From positions 23,159,732 to 23,223,375 of the forward strand of contig JASCQW010000190.1 in NCBI GenBank assembly GCA_030264375.1: a stretch of DNA of 63,644 bases, written 5' to 3'. The notes under the pieces were generated by a model, which searched no databases, had not been told where the DNA came from, and was given only the letters and a program-made list of their open reading frames with translations. Shown here piece by piece: positions 1 to 12,579 of this stretch. The translations under genes were made by a program, and so were the position numbers. Numbering within the stretch: the first letter of the stretch is position 1; each line of letters begins with the position of its first letter. The stretch is from Carcharhinus longimanus. Taxonomy: Eukaryota.

Positions 1-80
1 CTTATTGAATGGCGGGGCAGGCTCGAAGGGCTGGATGGCCTACTCCTGCTCCTATTTCTTATGTTCTTATGTTCTTACGT

Positions 81-228
81 CATATTATCTGTAACCCCCA
101 TGACTTGCCTGGGCTTGCAAAATCTCAGTAATTGTCCTGGCTGGAGAGAATTCACACTTCTTTAATCTGTGCTTAACCATCTCTCTACTCACATTGTCTG
201 TACCTGTAAAGACATGATAACTTGTAAA
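81..228 (+). mobile_element. Penelope-like pLTR internal fragment
   Basis: Ends TACCTGTAAAGACATGATAACTTGTAAA, matching the ACTTGATTACCTGTAAAGAC segment of the 33.6-33.7 kb element. Confidence 0.5.
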
Positions 229-1187
229 AATTCAAGGGGAAAACACTCAAAACAGCAGAACAGCATTAGTTCAGATCAAAACAAACATTCTAGCAATTAA
301 GGACAATTATGCTGCTGCAGTAACAATAGAGTGCTGCTGGATCCAGACTAAATGGTTACGAGTGCATGGAAATATTTCCACAGATTCTGCACAAGAACAT
401 GCTTCAAATACATTTCTTAAAGGCATAGTTTCAGCACAAGGGACCATGCAAAAGCATGATATAGCCATCCAAAATTCACTTTAATCCTCAGCATTCCAGC
501 TATTCTCTAAGATAAGACTTTCCTTTAATACCTCTCAACTATGGGTGGTTCAGTCCCTTATTCCATTTACTTTCTCAATGCTTCCAAGCTACCCCTGATG
601 ATTGTTTTCTTTGCCACATTCTGGGGTTTGCCCAGTTCAATGGGAACACAAACATTCCTGTCCATCCAGTCCACAAGAAAATCTGAAAATATGTTACAAA
701 TTTACTTGCTGGGCCTGTTCTGACCAGGGATCAGGTTTCTTGGCAAATTTTGTCCAGCGGGGAAACCAAAATTTGCCACTGGCCACTCATTGAACCACCA
801 CCCCTCCTTGCACTCAGGAATCTAGTTGAAATTGCGGATGACATTATCAGCTGCAATCTATTGACAAGACCAGGCTTCCTACCTGCAGGTTTCCAACTCA
901 CCTGCTCAAAGGAGTGAGCTAATACAGGACATACTGGAAGGAAACACGATGGGTGTGGGTAATAGACACTTGTTATTTTAACTACACTGTCTGTCTAGTT
1001 TCTGCCAGATGAGGAAATTATAATTAATGCTTTTCACTATGTCTCCCACCTGATGTGTTGAATGTTTCCAGCATTTTCTAGATTCATTTGTTATTTCAGT
1101 CCTTTTGAGTTTTCTCTTTTTACATAGTAAACATTTGAATTGCCAGCTCACTTTGTCTTAATGAAACAAGAATAAACTCAAACATGA

Positions 1188-1452
1188 GGTGGCACGGTGA
1201 CTCAGTGGTTAGCACTGCTGCCTCACAGCGCCAGGAATCCGGGTTCAATCCCTGGCTTGGGTCACTGTCTGTGTGGAGTTTGCATGTTCTCCCTGTGTCT
1301 GCATGGGTTTCCTCTGATTTCCTCCCACATTCTGAAAGACGTGCAGGTTAGATGCATTGACCCGAACAGGCACTGGACTGTGACGGCTAGGGGAATTTCA
1401 CAGTAGTGTCTTTGCAGTGTTAATGTAAACCTTACCTGTGACTAATAAATAT
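1188..1452 (+). mobile_element. HE1-like tRNA SINE, non-CR1 tail subtype
   Basis: A box TGACTCAGTGG, B box GGTTCAATCCC, core GTGGAGTTTGCATGTTCTCCC, tail ...CTTGTGACTAATAAATA-like. Same subtype at ~13546-13840(-), 30296-30543(+), 36742-37040(-), 47041-47451(+) and 63445-63644(-). Confidence 0.85.
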
Positions 1453-3749
1453 ATTTTACTTCATGTTCAAAGTCAATTAGTTTCCCTTTTTAAAAAGCAG
1501 TGCCAACAATGAGATTTGAACCCTTAATGTAAAGCAGGTCATTTACTGATGTTAAATTCTAAGAAGTAGCACGCTGGCATTGTAAAATTTCATAGGATCA
1601 TCCCAGTTCATGTCACACAGACCTTTGATTCTGGTCTGTTGTGAATTGCTCATCCAGTGGCAAACTTGTCAATTTTTAAAGATTGTCCATATTCTACCCA
1701 TTCTCTAGGATAAGACCAAGATGTTTGGCATGATTGACAACTGATGTGTCTATTTCTAATTTTGAGAAGTCACCTTTTCAAAAAGATAATCTGAATATGA
1801 GATTCTCTGACCACTACAGCTTTGTGTTATTGTTTTCCCAAGCACAGCAAACAGAAAATGTTGCTTTTCCACAATCATTCATCGCACTTTGTGCAGGCAA
1901 AAATGAGTTGTTGTTTTGAGCTGCAATAGTGAGATCCTGCTGAATAAATAATTTGTATACTCAAGGCTCTACGTAGCATATGTCTATATTAATCAGTATA
2001 TTAGGCCTAATAAGGATATCTGTTGATTTTGTGACCTGATTTCTGCCATCTGCTGCACTACCTTGAAGCAACAACATCAGGCCTCCAAGACTTGTTTATC
2101 TGTTCAGAGAAAGCCTTATGCCAAGGTGTTCAAGAGAAATGGCTCTGTTTATTCTGTTTCTCAAAGATTAATTGGAATTATTGACTGGCGGAAGGAGAAT
2201 GGACTTGATCTTGTCTCTGGGTCCAGAAATTAGGTTGCACAAAAGTCAATCTCACTCTTGACATTTCTGACACCGTGAGCATACCTTCTTTATGGGTGGA
2301 ATGGTACGAGAATTTGACAGAGTATTCATTCTGGTGTGAAAAACAAAGTGATATCCGTCCACCCCATACCACCAGTGTGGTTTCTAACCAAATCTTTTGC
2401 CTCTTTAATAAAAACTCCAGAGAGTTGGGGTCGTGGGAAAGGAGTCTGTTCCTTCTCATCCAGTTGGGAACCTGGTGCAAGTTGTATATTCAGCTGGATG
2501 GCAGTCTTTCCCCTATTTTAATGCAATTACAGTTTATTGAAAATCCAGCCAAAAGAAATCCTTAACAACAGCGAATTACTAAGTGCATTGAACTTTTCGC
2601 TTTTAATTAGAATTTTACAAAGAGTAAAAAGTTTGGGCTATACACATGAGATCAGGTAGAATCTGAAGTATCATAAACAAACACATTTTAAGAAATTATT
2701 ATCTCAAAAAGGTGAATTTCTGTCACGGTGCGGAAATTTGACAGTCACAAGTATAAAACTAACTTTTCAGGGCAAGTGAAGCTTTAGGACACTGTTAAAA
2801 ATTGAGTTGCGTTTAATAAGGTGTAACTTCCAAAAGGTTTTTAGAGTGAGGCTAAGGGCAGAGTTCTTCCATCTTACACAGGTGATGGACGGGAGCGGAG
2901 AATCTAGCAGGAGTTAAAAAGTCCGGAACCCGCTGGTGTAAAAACAGGTTGCAATTCACCTAATGTCCTGCTACCTGGTGCGTGAATGTCATTTGCGTTT
3001 ATTTGCAAGTTATGAATGCTCATTAAACCAGCAGCTCGCCGGAAGTTGGAACTCAGATCGCTTTGAGGTGAGTGCAAAATACATATCCTACCTGCCATAC
3101 TGCTGTGCCGCTCCAGCTGTGGAGAACACCTTTCTTGTTAGGACGGATTGACTCATGCCCTCCAACTCCATGCCAAACCTATCTTAATGGACAGTACTCT
3201 GCTACGGGACTCATAGACCTCCCATCTATACTGACTCTGGCCAGTGCTGAGCCCGTGGTTGTAGATTGCCGGGGTCATCTGCTCCTGATGCCTGATATCA
3301 TTGTTAACATAGACAGCACTATGCTGCAGGATTCATATGCCATCCACTTTGACCAAAGTTCGACTGGGAGTGAAGTGCAAAGTGAGTGTGGGGCTGATGA
3401 AGACAGGGAGGCAATAGGGGAGGAGCGCTGTGTAAGGACAGTGGGGAAGGTCAAACACAAGGAGGGGTATAGGGAAGGAGAGCTGTGCAAGGACAGGGGA
3501 AGGGAAAGGGGCAAGTTGGGTGCCCACTTTTGAAAGGGGAAATATGTCAACGTTCCCATTTTAGTTCAGGAGCTGGCAGACAGGAATCAGAGCAGACATT
3601 CCTGCTGTGAAATGGAAAGGAGTCACAGATGACCGGCAGTCCAGAAGTTATGTGGAGTTCACAGTCAGAAGTCAGAGAGAGGAGGCAGTGCAGAAGAGGA
3701 GGGGACATGCAGCAAGAGCAATCATTGTGAGCACGGTGTACCCCATGGA

Positions 3750-4920
3750 TGGTCAACAAACTGTTTGAGCTCTCAGGTTTACTCTTTCCACCACTTGTCC
3801 TGGATTTGTCTTTGAGCATCAGCAATAAGCTTCTGGGATGCTGCCTGCCTGAATTGTGGCTTGAGGTGTTCTGCCTGGAAATGAAGGCTGCTTATTATTG
3901 TTCTAGGAGGTCACATATTTCAGCATTGTTTTCATGGAAGCAGTCCAGGTGATGATAATGACTCAACCCAATGAAATGGATACAGGAATCTAGCTCAGAT
4001 GACTCTCTTTGATCCCACAGTTCTGGAATTGAGTTGGATATGTGAACATTCTTAGTTTGGAATTTCTGTCTTTGTTCAAATTGCATTAAGGCTGAAATAT
4101 TGATCTTGTTGCTCTTGGACATTTGTGCCTTGTAATGTCTTGGAGCTAGGCGGATGTTCATCACCGACCAAACAAACTGCTGATCTGTCCAGCAGGCATA
4201 AGGCCCCCTCATGGAATCTTTTCCTAACATCTTCAGCAGAATCAAGGCCAGGGCATAAGCACTGATCATGGTACCATGATGGATACAGCTGAGTTGCAGG
4301 TAAGCATCATGAGTCTGTCACGTAGATAGTTGGGGAGTTCTGGCAGTGCATGCAATATCCTTTCTGAATGGCAAAACCAACCTCCTGTGCTCAAGGATCA
4401 CTGTCAGCCTTTCCTTTCCAGGTACAGTTTGATCCCTCTGCTTGTTCATCTAGCTGCATTTTCCTGGAAAGTTTCACAGACCACAGCAATGTTAATTTGA
4501 TAGCCCAGGTGATAAGATTGCTGTTCTTCTTTCTGGATAATCACTCTTGAGGTTGTCTTGGATTAACATTTCAAGTTGCAAAATTTAGAGTTTTCTTTCT
4601 TTGACCACAAAGATGGTAATCTTGCACACCAGAGTTCTCCGGTCAGAAGAAAACGGGACAACCTGTTTTTTGGTAACCTTTTCTAGCTTACCTCTTATTT
4701 GGGTGAGCAAACGTTATCCTGAGCAGGGCTGCTCAGTTGCAGATGCTGCTGCCCAAAGATACCAGTGTCCCTACATCGGTTTCTAATGATCTTCCATCGG
4801 AGTGCAGATTCTGGGCTAGGGATACCCAGATTCACAGCCCACTTCCCGTTCATCGCCAAAGGACTTGGCAAGTGGATCCTGGTAAGAGCCTGTCATTGTC
4901 CGCGTGATTTTCTGTGGTTG
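3750..4920 (-). mobile_element. RTE-clade LINE remnant (5' region / AP endonuclease)
   Basis: Minus-strand fragments TLNFATWNV and TMISAYAL resemble the RTE endonuclease motifs TWNVRT and ISAYAPT. Heavily frameshifted. Confidence 0.6.
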
Positions 4921-6077
4921 ATGATCATAGAAACATAAAAAAGGTAGGAACAGGAGGAGGCCATTTTCCCTTTGAGCCAAGACTGGGGAAGAGGTTGAGC
5001 CTCATTGTCAAGCTGCTGGGAGGCTGGGGGTAGAAAACAGCACTCCATGGATGCTGGCCAGTTCTGAGCCAGTGCAAATTTCCAAAGGACACAACTTGAG
5101 AAAAGATAAGCCTAAGATGGCTCCATCATCAGGTAGTGGGTGGGAAATTGGCATGGCAGATGTCTGGCATTCTTTCATGGAGCAATCCTGCTCCAGCTGG
5201 ACTCACAAGAACATATGAAACTACTATACTATCTACTGTTCGCCCCTTCAGCTGGTTCGAAAACTGCATGGCTTAAACTAGCCCAGTATTGTCCTAAAAT
5301 GACAAATGGGGTCTTTTGAAAGACCCTATTTGCATATTAAAAGGGTCTACTATATGACTCAGTGTGTCATTGCTACCCTCTCATTGGCACTGTCAGTGGG
5401 AATGGGGCAATAAATAATTGCCTAAATATATTCAGTCCATTAACACTCTACTTCCATCAGGAAGAGGTCTCAAACAACTTTGAAAACAGCTATAATGGTT
5501 TGCTCCCACACTCCAAAGATGTGTAGGTTAGGTGGATTGGCCATGCTAAATTGCCCCTTAGTGTGTCAGGGGGATTAGTAGAGTAAATACATTGGGTTAC
5601 GGGGACAAGGTCTGGGTGGGATTGTTGTCGGTGCAGGCTTGATGAGCCGAATGGCTTCCTTCTGCACTGTAGGGTTTCTATGATTCTTCTATGAAAGTCA
5701 CCGACACTGAATTAGATTAGAATGCTTAATGAACATCTAAATCAGTAGAATTTCATTAACAGCTGACAGCTGTAAAGGCCAGGCATAACAATTGTGTTTA
5801 AGCTTTAAAGATGGTATAGTGATTTTAAAACTACATATATTAAAAAAGCTTGTGGTTTAAAATTATTTTTCCTCCTTACTTTTCATCTTTGCAGTGCAGT
5901 ATTTTCCACCAATAGGTGAAAAGACCTTTAGTCTGCAATAATGTTGTTCTATAATTATGGGCAAGCTATTTCTATTTGCTATAAACTCAATGTGCCATTG
6001 TAATGCACCATGTCACAAATCTGTGCAGGGATTTCACAGTTCTCCATGAAAAGGTAACACAAACTGCCTTAGAAAAC

Positions 6078-6223
6078 AGCCATGATGTGGAGATGCCGAC
6101 ATTGGACTGGGGTAAACACAGTAAGAAGTCTCACAACACCAGGTTAAAGTCCAACAGGTTTATTTGTAGCAAATGCCACAAGCTTTCGGAACTGGCTGTT
6201 CCTTCATCAGGTGGGTGGGATTC
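6078..6223 (-). mobile_element. Penelope-like pLTR fragment (family A)
   Basis: Reverse complement of the 33800-33945 arm, including the CATCTCCACATCAT terminus. Confidence 0.8.
6176..6214 (-). ncRNA. Minimal type-I hammerhead ribozyme motif (Penelope pLTR, family A)
   Basis: CCAC-CUGAUGA-A-GGAAC agcca GUUCC-GAAA-GC-UU-GUGG: intact core, 5-bp stem II, 4-bp stem I, palindromic AAGCUU in place of stem III. Confidence 0.8.
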
Positions 6224-7108
6224 AGCAAGACCGTATAAACATTTCAAGGCGGCAGAGATTTATTTAAAATTATCTCTGAAGAAAGGTCACTAATGGTTAA
6301 TTTGTAGGTTGCTGACCATCCAGTGAGCACACGTATGATTCAAAGGCATTTAAATCGGTTCGGAGAGGCGATGCAGCAACTCTTCTCACTTTGATGTAAT
6401 TTTAAGGAAACAGCACGCACCTAAAGTATTAAAAACTATTTTAAAATATCATAAAACTTCAAAACTACTAAATGGCAATTACGGAAATACATGTAACAGA
6501 AACTTCAGAAATGTACAAGGTACACCTACTCACCTACGCCATTTCACAAAATAGTCATATGATTATAGTTTGCTCCCTGATGACTGTACATTTATCCACA
6601 AACCTGACAAGTCCATTCAGAGCAGCAAAACGTTCCTTCAGGACAGCTCACTTAGTTATCAGCCATTTCTTCAGCAATTGTATACAATCCATGGCAATGA
6701 TGGGGATGGTTCTCCTACCACTAGCTCTGTTTTGGATGTACTTGCTTGGACTTCTTCCCCATTCTTCCCTCTGCTAGCTGCAGCATCTTTCTGAACATGG
6801 ACAATAATGTCCATGTGAGTCAGTAATTTGAGACATCAGGGCCTAAAAATGTTTTCGTCCAATACTTGTTCTTCAGATGGCAAAACCGCTTGAACAAGTC
6901 CAATATGGCAAGCGTGAAAACACTCAGTCCATACCAGAAACGCATGGATATCATAGTGGCATCCATCCATTTCAGGAGACAATGGGCTGTGCCCTTGCTG
7001 TATACCTCTTCTATATTGAACATTGTCTGTTGTTGGTCAAGAGACTGATTCATGAGTAGTGGTTCCTCACACAGCTGGCATAGATGAATAGGTTGGTTGA
7101 TGGGGGCA

Positions 7109-7265
7109 ATGCTTACCTGGCAAGGGTGAAACCATGATCAAGCAGGTGGCTCACCCAGGACGAGGCTAGTCCATTGCGCTTCTGATGTGCTGAAGCCTGC
7201 GATGTCCCCCAGTGCAGGATACTCGACTGCAAAATTTGTGGTAGTGGGGGACTGTGTTCACACTC
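7109..7265 (+). pseudogene. RNU1: U1 snRNA copy (probable pseudogene or variant)
   Basis: ATGCTTACCTGGCA...CCATGATCA...CGAGGCT...CCATTGC...CCTGCGAT...ACTCGACTGC-AAAATTTGTGGTAGTGGGGGACTG is colinear with vertebrate U1. Sm site intact. A3>G change, U1A loop ATTGCGC, UUCG>UUCA, and the last ~7 nt missing. Confidence 0.9.
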
Positions 7266-7273
7266 AAATTCCA

Positions 7274-8028
7274 GGCAGCACAGTGACACAGTGGTTAGCA
7301 CTGCTGGCTTACAGCACCAGGGTCCCAGGTTCGATTCCCGGCTTGGGTAACTGTGGAGTCTACATATTGTCCCCGTGTCTGTGTGAGCTTCTTCCTGGTA
7401 CNNNNNNNNNNNNNNNNNNNNNNNNNNNNNNNNNNNNNNNNNNNNNNNNNNNNNNNNNNNNNNNNNNNNNNNNNNNNNNNNNNNNNNNNNNNNNNNNNNN
7501 NNNNNNNNNNNNNNNNNNNNNNNNNNNNNNNNNNNNNNNNNNNNNNNNNNNNNNNNNNNNNNNNNNNNNNNNNNNNNNNNNNNNNNNNNNNNNNNNNNNN
7601 NNNNNNNNNNNNNNNNNNNNNNNNNNNNNNNNNNNNNNNNNNNNNNNNNNNNNNNNNNNNNNNNNNNNNNNNNNNNNNNNNNNNNNNNNNNNNNNNNNNN
7701 NNNNNNNNNNNNNNNNNNNNNNNNNNNNNNNNNNNNNNNNNNNNNNNNNNNNNNNNNNNNNNNNNNNNNNNNNNNNNNNNNNNNNNNNNNNNNNNNNNNN
7801 NNNNNNNNNNNNNNNNNNNNNNNNNNNNNNNNNNNNNNNNNNNNNNNNNNNNNNNNNNNNNNNNNNNNNNNNNNNNNNNNNNNNNNNNNNNNNNNNNNNN
7901 NNNNNNNNNNNNNNNNNNNNNNNNNNNGTGCTCTGGTTTCATCCCACAGTCCGAAAGACGTGCTGGTTAGGTGCATTGGCCATGCTAAATTGTCCCTCAG
8001 TGTAGCCGAACAGGTTCTGGAGTGTGGC
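7274..8028 (+). mobile_element. HE1-like SINE sequence on both sides of a gap, directly after the U1 copy
   Basis: GGCAGCACAGTGACACAGTGGTTAGCACTGCTG...GGTTCGATTCCC. Confidence 0.8.
7402..7927. other. Assembly gap (largest of many N runs)
   Basis: Run of N. Many other ~100-N gaps lie inside repeats. Confidence 0.99.
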
Positions 8029-8449
8029 AACCTGGCCCTCTGGCACTGCCCAAGGGAAAAGTGGCAATGCCCAGGGGGGTACCCTGGAACTGCCAACCAG
8101 GCATCGGGCAGTGCTAAAGGGATGGGTTTGCCAGTGGGGGGGGCATTAGGAGATCGGGATTGCCAGGAGAGTTTGGGGAGAGATCGAGGCAGGCCATGGG
8201 GGTTGAGGCTGGCCCGGACGTGTTCACAGGGTCAGTGATCAGCTATCCAGCGATCATGAGGCCGGCAGTGCGGGCAACTGCGCAGGCGCTGAGTGTGGGA
8301 GATTCATTTTGAAAAACCCGCTGAAAAAAACCAGCAGAATTTAGTCCAATTTTTACATGAATTTGGGAGAATCCCGCCCATGTTTTTTCTTTCCCGCCAT
8401 CTGGTCATTGCTTTTGCGCATTGCTTTTTTCCATGCCCTCCCTGACTGC

Positions 8450-8970
8450 TTGTCACTAGCCACTCTAGTCAGCAGCAGCAATTTCCCATGCATTGACTCT
8501 AATCCTAGTCAGTTTGAAGTCTTGCTTGCAGACATCCTCATACTGTAAATATAGGCCAAATGTGAGTCTTGTTCTAATCACAAATTTGCCACAGAACATG
8601 TCTTTGAGATTGCAGCCATCATCCATTCAGTTCACATGAAACAGCCAACACACTTGCCACTGACTCGAGGGGAAACATGCTGGGGATCCCTGCACGCTGG
8701 TGTACTTCCATATTTAGCACTCTGTCTTGCCAGGGGATGCTTAATATTTAACTGAGGCAATGGAGGTGAAAGCTGTTCAACTGCTTGTTTTGTCCCTCTA
8801 CAGTAAAGGTGGGTGCAGGGAACACAAGCCTGGTACACACTGAGCTTTGTATTTTTGATTAATTTGCTGTTGGTCCACTCTTGATCTTCCAACTTTGACA
8901 TGACAGTTATGGCCTTGGCAATCCGAGCTGATTGCAGCACAAAGAGGCAGGTTGCTGAATTGAGGTATCT
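8450..8970 (-). mobile_element. RTE-clade LINE remnant (RT C-terminal region)
   Basis: RIAKAITVMSKLEDQEWTNSKLIKNTKLSVYQACV...LY, typical of the RTE post-RT region. Confidence 0.75.
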
Positions 8971-8973
8971 CTG

Positions 8974-9289
8974 GGGCGGCATGGTGGCACAGTGACTAGC
9001 ACTGCTGCCTCACAGTGCCAGGGACCTGGATTCGATTCCCAGTTTGGGTCACTGTCTGTATGGAGTTTGCACATTCTCCCCGTGTCTATGTGGGTTTCTT
9101 CTGTGTGCTCCGGTTTCCTCCCATAGTCCAAAGACGTGCAGGTTAGGTTTACTGGCTATGTTAAATTGTCACTTAGTGTCAGCAGGACTAGCAGGGTCAA
9201 TACATAGGGTTACAGGGATAGGGGCTGGATGGGATTGTGCTCAGTGCAGACTCGATGGGCCAAATGGCCTCCTTCTGCACTGTAGGGTT
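8974..9289 (+). mobile_element. HE1 SINE (CR1-type tail)
   Basis: tRNA head, central core, tail GGGCCAAATGGCCTCCTTCTGCACTGTAGGG. Same subtype at ~5500-5693, 12285-12579(-), 19826-20127(+), 40405-40693(-), 50926-51227(-) and 63048-63235(-). Confidence 0.9.
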
Positions 9290-9389
9290 NNNNNNNNNNN
9301 NNNNNNNNNNNNNNNNNNNNNNNNNNNNNNNNNNNNNNNNNNNNNNNNNNNNNNNNNNNNNNNNNNNNNNNNNNNNNNNNNNNNNNNNN

Positions 9390-10075
9390 CTGGATGAAGA
9401 ACTGGTTGTTGAAGGTGAAGACATTGTGATCCAGGATGAAGCGGATGAGTTGTAAAATTGCATCTGGAAACTGGCAGCTATTGGCATTGAGTACTGAGGC
9501 AATTGCAGCAGTGCCATTGTCATGGGGATGCTGGTGTAGAGTGCCGAGACATCCATTGTGACGAGGAGTGCTCCTAGTTCAACTGCTCCATGTGTGCTGA
9601 GTTTCTGTAAGAAGTCCATGGTGTCCTTATGAAAGCTGGGGGATCTTTGTACAATGGGTTTCAGGATGCCCTCAATGTAGCCGGAGAGGTTCTCACACAG
9701 GGTCCCATTGCCCAATACGATGGGATGGCTGGGTGTGCTTGCCTTCTGTACATTTAGGAGGCAGTAGAGATCTCCAACATGGGGAGTGTGTGGGATGAGA
9801 GCACGGAGGGTGCTCTGAAGGTCTGGATCAAAAGGTCTTGATCAGAGTGTTGAGCTGACTGTGTGTTCTTTGGTCAGATCTGTGGATAACTGTCTATAGT
9901 GTTCCTCATTGTTCAGTTGTTGGTACACTTCTTTGCAGTAATCCGTTCTATTCCTCCTTTGTCTGCTGGTTTGATGACAATGTTGCGGTTGGTCTTGAGA
10001 GCGCGGTTGGCGTTGCATCGTGCTTGGGTGATGTTCGGGGCAGCAGTCGTGTTGGGAATTGTTTGCACCTTGTCA
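9390..10075 (-). mobile_element. Penelope-like reverse transcriptase remnant
   Basis: Broken frames encode NITQARCNANRALKTNRNIVIKPADKGG and CENLSGYIEGILKPIVQRSPSFHKDTMDFLQKL...LVTMDVSALYTSIP (PLE DKG motif and RT motifs). Confidence 0.9.
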
Positions 10076-11790
10076 GAGAGGTTTACACCACAGAAAAGGT
10101 CCTTTGGTCTATCACATCTGTGCCAGTCAAGACAGCCACTTCGCGAATCTAATCCCATTTTCTAGCAGTTAGCCCATATAATTACGCGCCTTGGCATCAC
10201 AAGTGCACATCTAAATATTTCTTAAATGTTATGAAGGTTTCTACCTCAATCACCCTTTCAGGCGAGTTCCAGGCTCTCCACCCTTTGGATAAAAAGGTTT
10301 CTTTTCACGCCCTGTCTAAATCTGTACCTTAAATCTACGCCCTCTATTATTGATCTTTCCATCAAAAGGTTTCTCCTGTCTACTCTATTCGTCTCATATT
10401 ATATATCTCAACCATGTCCCCCCATCCCCACCCCCATTCAGTCTCTTCAGCTCCAAGGAAAGAGCTCCAGTCTATCCAATCTTTCTCCATAACCAAAATT
10501 TTCCAGCCTAAGCAATATCCTGGTAAATCACCTCTGCATCCTTTCCTGTGCTACCACATCCCTCTATAATGTAGATTCCAGAACTGCACACATTATCGTA
10601 GCTGTGACCTAACCAATTCCAGAACTGCACACAATACGCTGTGGCCTAGCCAACGTTTTACACAGTTCTTGCATAATCTCCCATCTCAAACTCTATGCCT
10701 TGGCAAGTAAAGACAAATATACCATATGATTTCTTACCCATTTTATCCATCTGTCCTACCTTAAGGGACAGATGTATATGCATACCAAGGTCCCAATGAT
10801 TCACAGTCTTGCTTGTGTCCTGCCATTCATTATATATTCCCTTTGCCTTGTTAGTCCTGCCTAAGTGCATCACCTCACACTAATCTGGGTTGAATTCCGA
10901 TTGCCACTGATCAGCCCATCTCGTCTTCTATCCTTCTAAAGCAATCCTCCTCAATATTAACTATCCCATCAATTTTTGTATCATCCACGAACTTACTGAT
11001 CAGCCCTCTGACATTCAAATCTAAATTATTTATGTTAACCACAAATAGCAATGGCCCCAAAACTGATCCCTGCGGGACTTATTGAGCAGTCTTCCAGTTA
11101 GAAAAAGACCCCTCAATCATCACACTCTGCTTCCTGCCACTCAGCCAATTCTGGATCCAATTTGGCGAATTTCCTTGGATCCCACAGGCCCTTACTTTCA
11201 TTATTAGTCTCCCATGTGAAACCTCTATAAGATCATCCCCCCAAGCCTCCTGCACTCCAGAGGAAAAAGTCCCAGTCTATCCAGCCTCTCCTTATAACTC
11301 AAACCATCAAGTTCCAGTGGCATCCTAGTAAATCTTTTCTGCACTCTTTCTTTAATTATATCCTTTCTATAAATAGGGTGACCAGAACTGTACACAATAT
11401 TCCAAGTATGGCCTTAACCAATATCCTGTACAACTTCAACAAGACGTCCCAACTCCTGTGTTCAACGTTCTGACCAATGAAACCAAGCAACCCAAATGCC
11501 TACTTCACCCCCCTATTCACCTGCATCTCCACTTTCAAGGAGCTGTGATTACCCCTACATCTCTTTGTTCTATAACTTTCCCCAATGCACTGTCATTAAC
11601 TGAATAAGTCCTACCCTGGTTTGATCTACCAAAATGCATCATCTTGCATTTATCTAAATTAAACTTTATCTGCCATTCGTCAGCCCACTGGCCCAAATGA
11701 TCAAGATTGCGCTGCAATCCTACATAGTCTTCTTCACTGACCACTATGCCACCAATCTTGGTGTCATCTGCAAACTTACTAACCAGGCCT
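10076..11790 (-). mobile_element. Two adjacent/nested CR1 LINE 3' fragments
   Basis: GLQRNLDHLGQWADEWQIKFNLDKCKMMHFGRSN and MHLGRTNK, plus a CR1-type 3' UTR. Confidence 0.9.
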
Positions 11791-12284
11791 ACATTAACAA
11801 ACCTCAGAATTTAGTGATAGCATTTTTATGCAGGAGTAAAAAAATGTAGGTAAATTGATGTGCCTCAAGGCGTGACTGCAGAATTTTCCTAATAAGAATT
11901 AAATCACAAAAGACTCAATGATGTTCTTTTATTAAGTACATACAATACCACATTCTGCAGAATGACTTATTTAAAAGAATTGATGAAAGTGACAATTGTT
12001 TTCATGTACAAGGACTCTATTACTAGCAAAGTAGAAAGACGCATTGCTGACAAAAATCAATTTCTAATCTTAACCCAAACCGCCTGTTATTCCTGACATT
12101 TCTTTCTGTAAAGCAGGGCGTATTAGAAATATGATCATTTTTCATTCCCTGTCATAAAGCTCTCCATAACTATAATAACAAAAGACACATTTGACTGCAG
12201 GAGGCCAAGATCCCAGGCACTGCTTCAATTTGCTTATCCAAGTTGATAATTTCACTTTCAGAGCCTTACTCAGCGTGGGAGCAG

Positions 12285-12579
12285 ATGGATGGAATCACAG
12301 AATCCTGACATTCAGCCCATCGAGTTTGCACCAACCACCCAGGCCCTATTCCTGTAACCCCACGCATTTATTCTGCTAATCCCCCTGACACTAGGGTCAA
12401 TTTAGCATGACCAATTAACCTAACTTGCACATCTTTGGACTGTGTGAGAAAACCAGAGCACCCGGAGGAAACCCACGCAGACACAAGGAGAACATGCAAA
12501 CTCCACATGACAGTGACCTGGAATTGAACCTGGGTCCCTTGAGGCAGCAATGCTAACCACTTTGCCACCGTGCCACCCC
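12285..12579 (-). mobile_element. HE1 SINE
   Basis: Reverse-strand head GGGTGGCACGGTGGC and core. Shares its 3' junction and flank with the 19826-20127 copy. Confidence 0.88.

Noticed and set aside
1188-1260. tRNA genes
   Set aside because: All A/B-box sequences are SINE heads that continue into SINE cores. None folds into a full cloverleaf.
2326-2513. Stop-free minus-strand frames here and near 570-683 and 6534-6800 as exons of a third gene
   Set aside because: No recognisable homology and no consistent chain of splice sites. A divergent gene cannot be excluded without RNA data.
5308-5330. GGGTCTTT-TG-AAAGACCC hairpin as a histone stem-loop or terminator
   Set aside because: It does not fit the GGYYCTTYTNAGRRCC consensus and there is no histone ORF upstream.
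7113-8096. Long ORFs of 200-327 aa
   Set aside because: Artefacts of translating through N gaps and SINE sequence.
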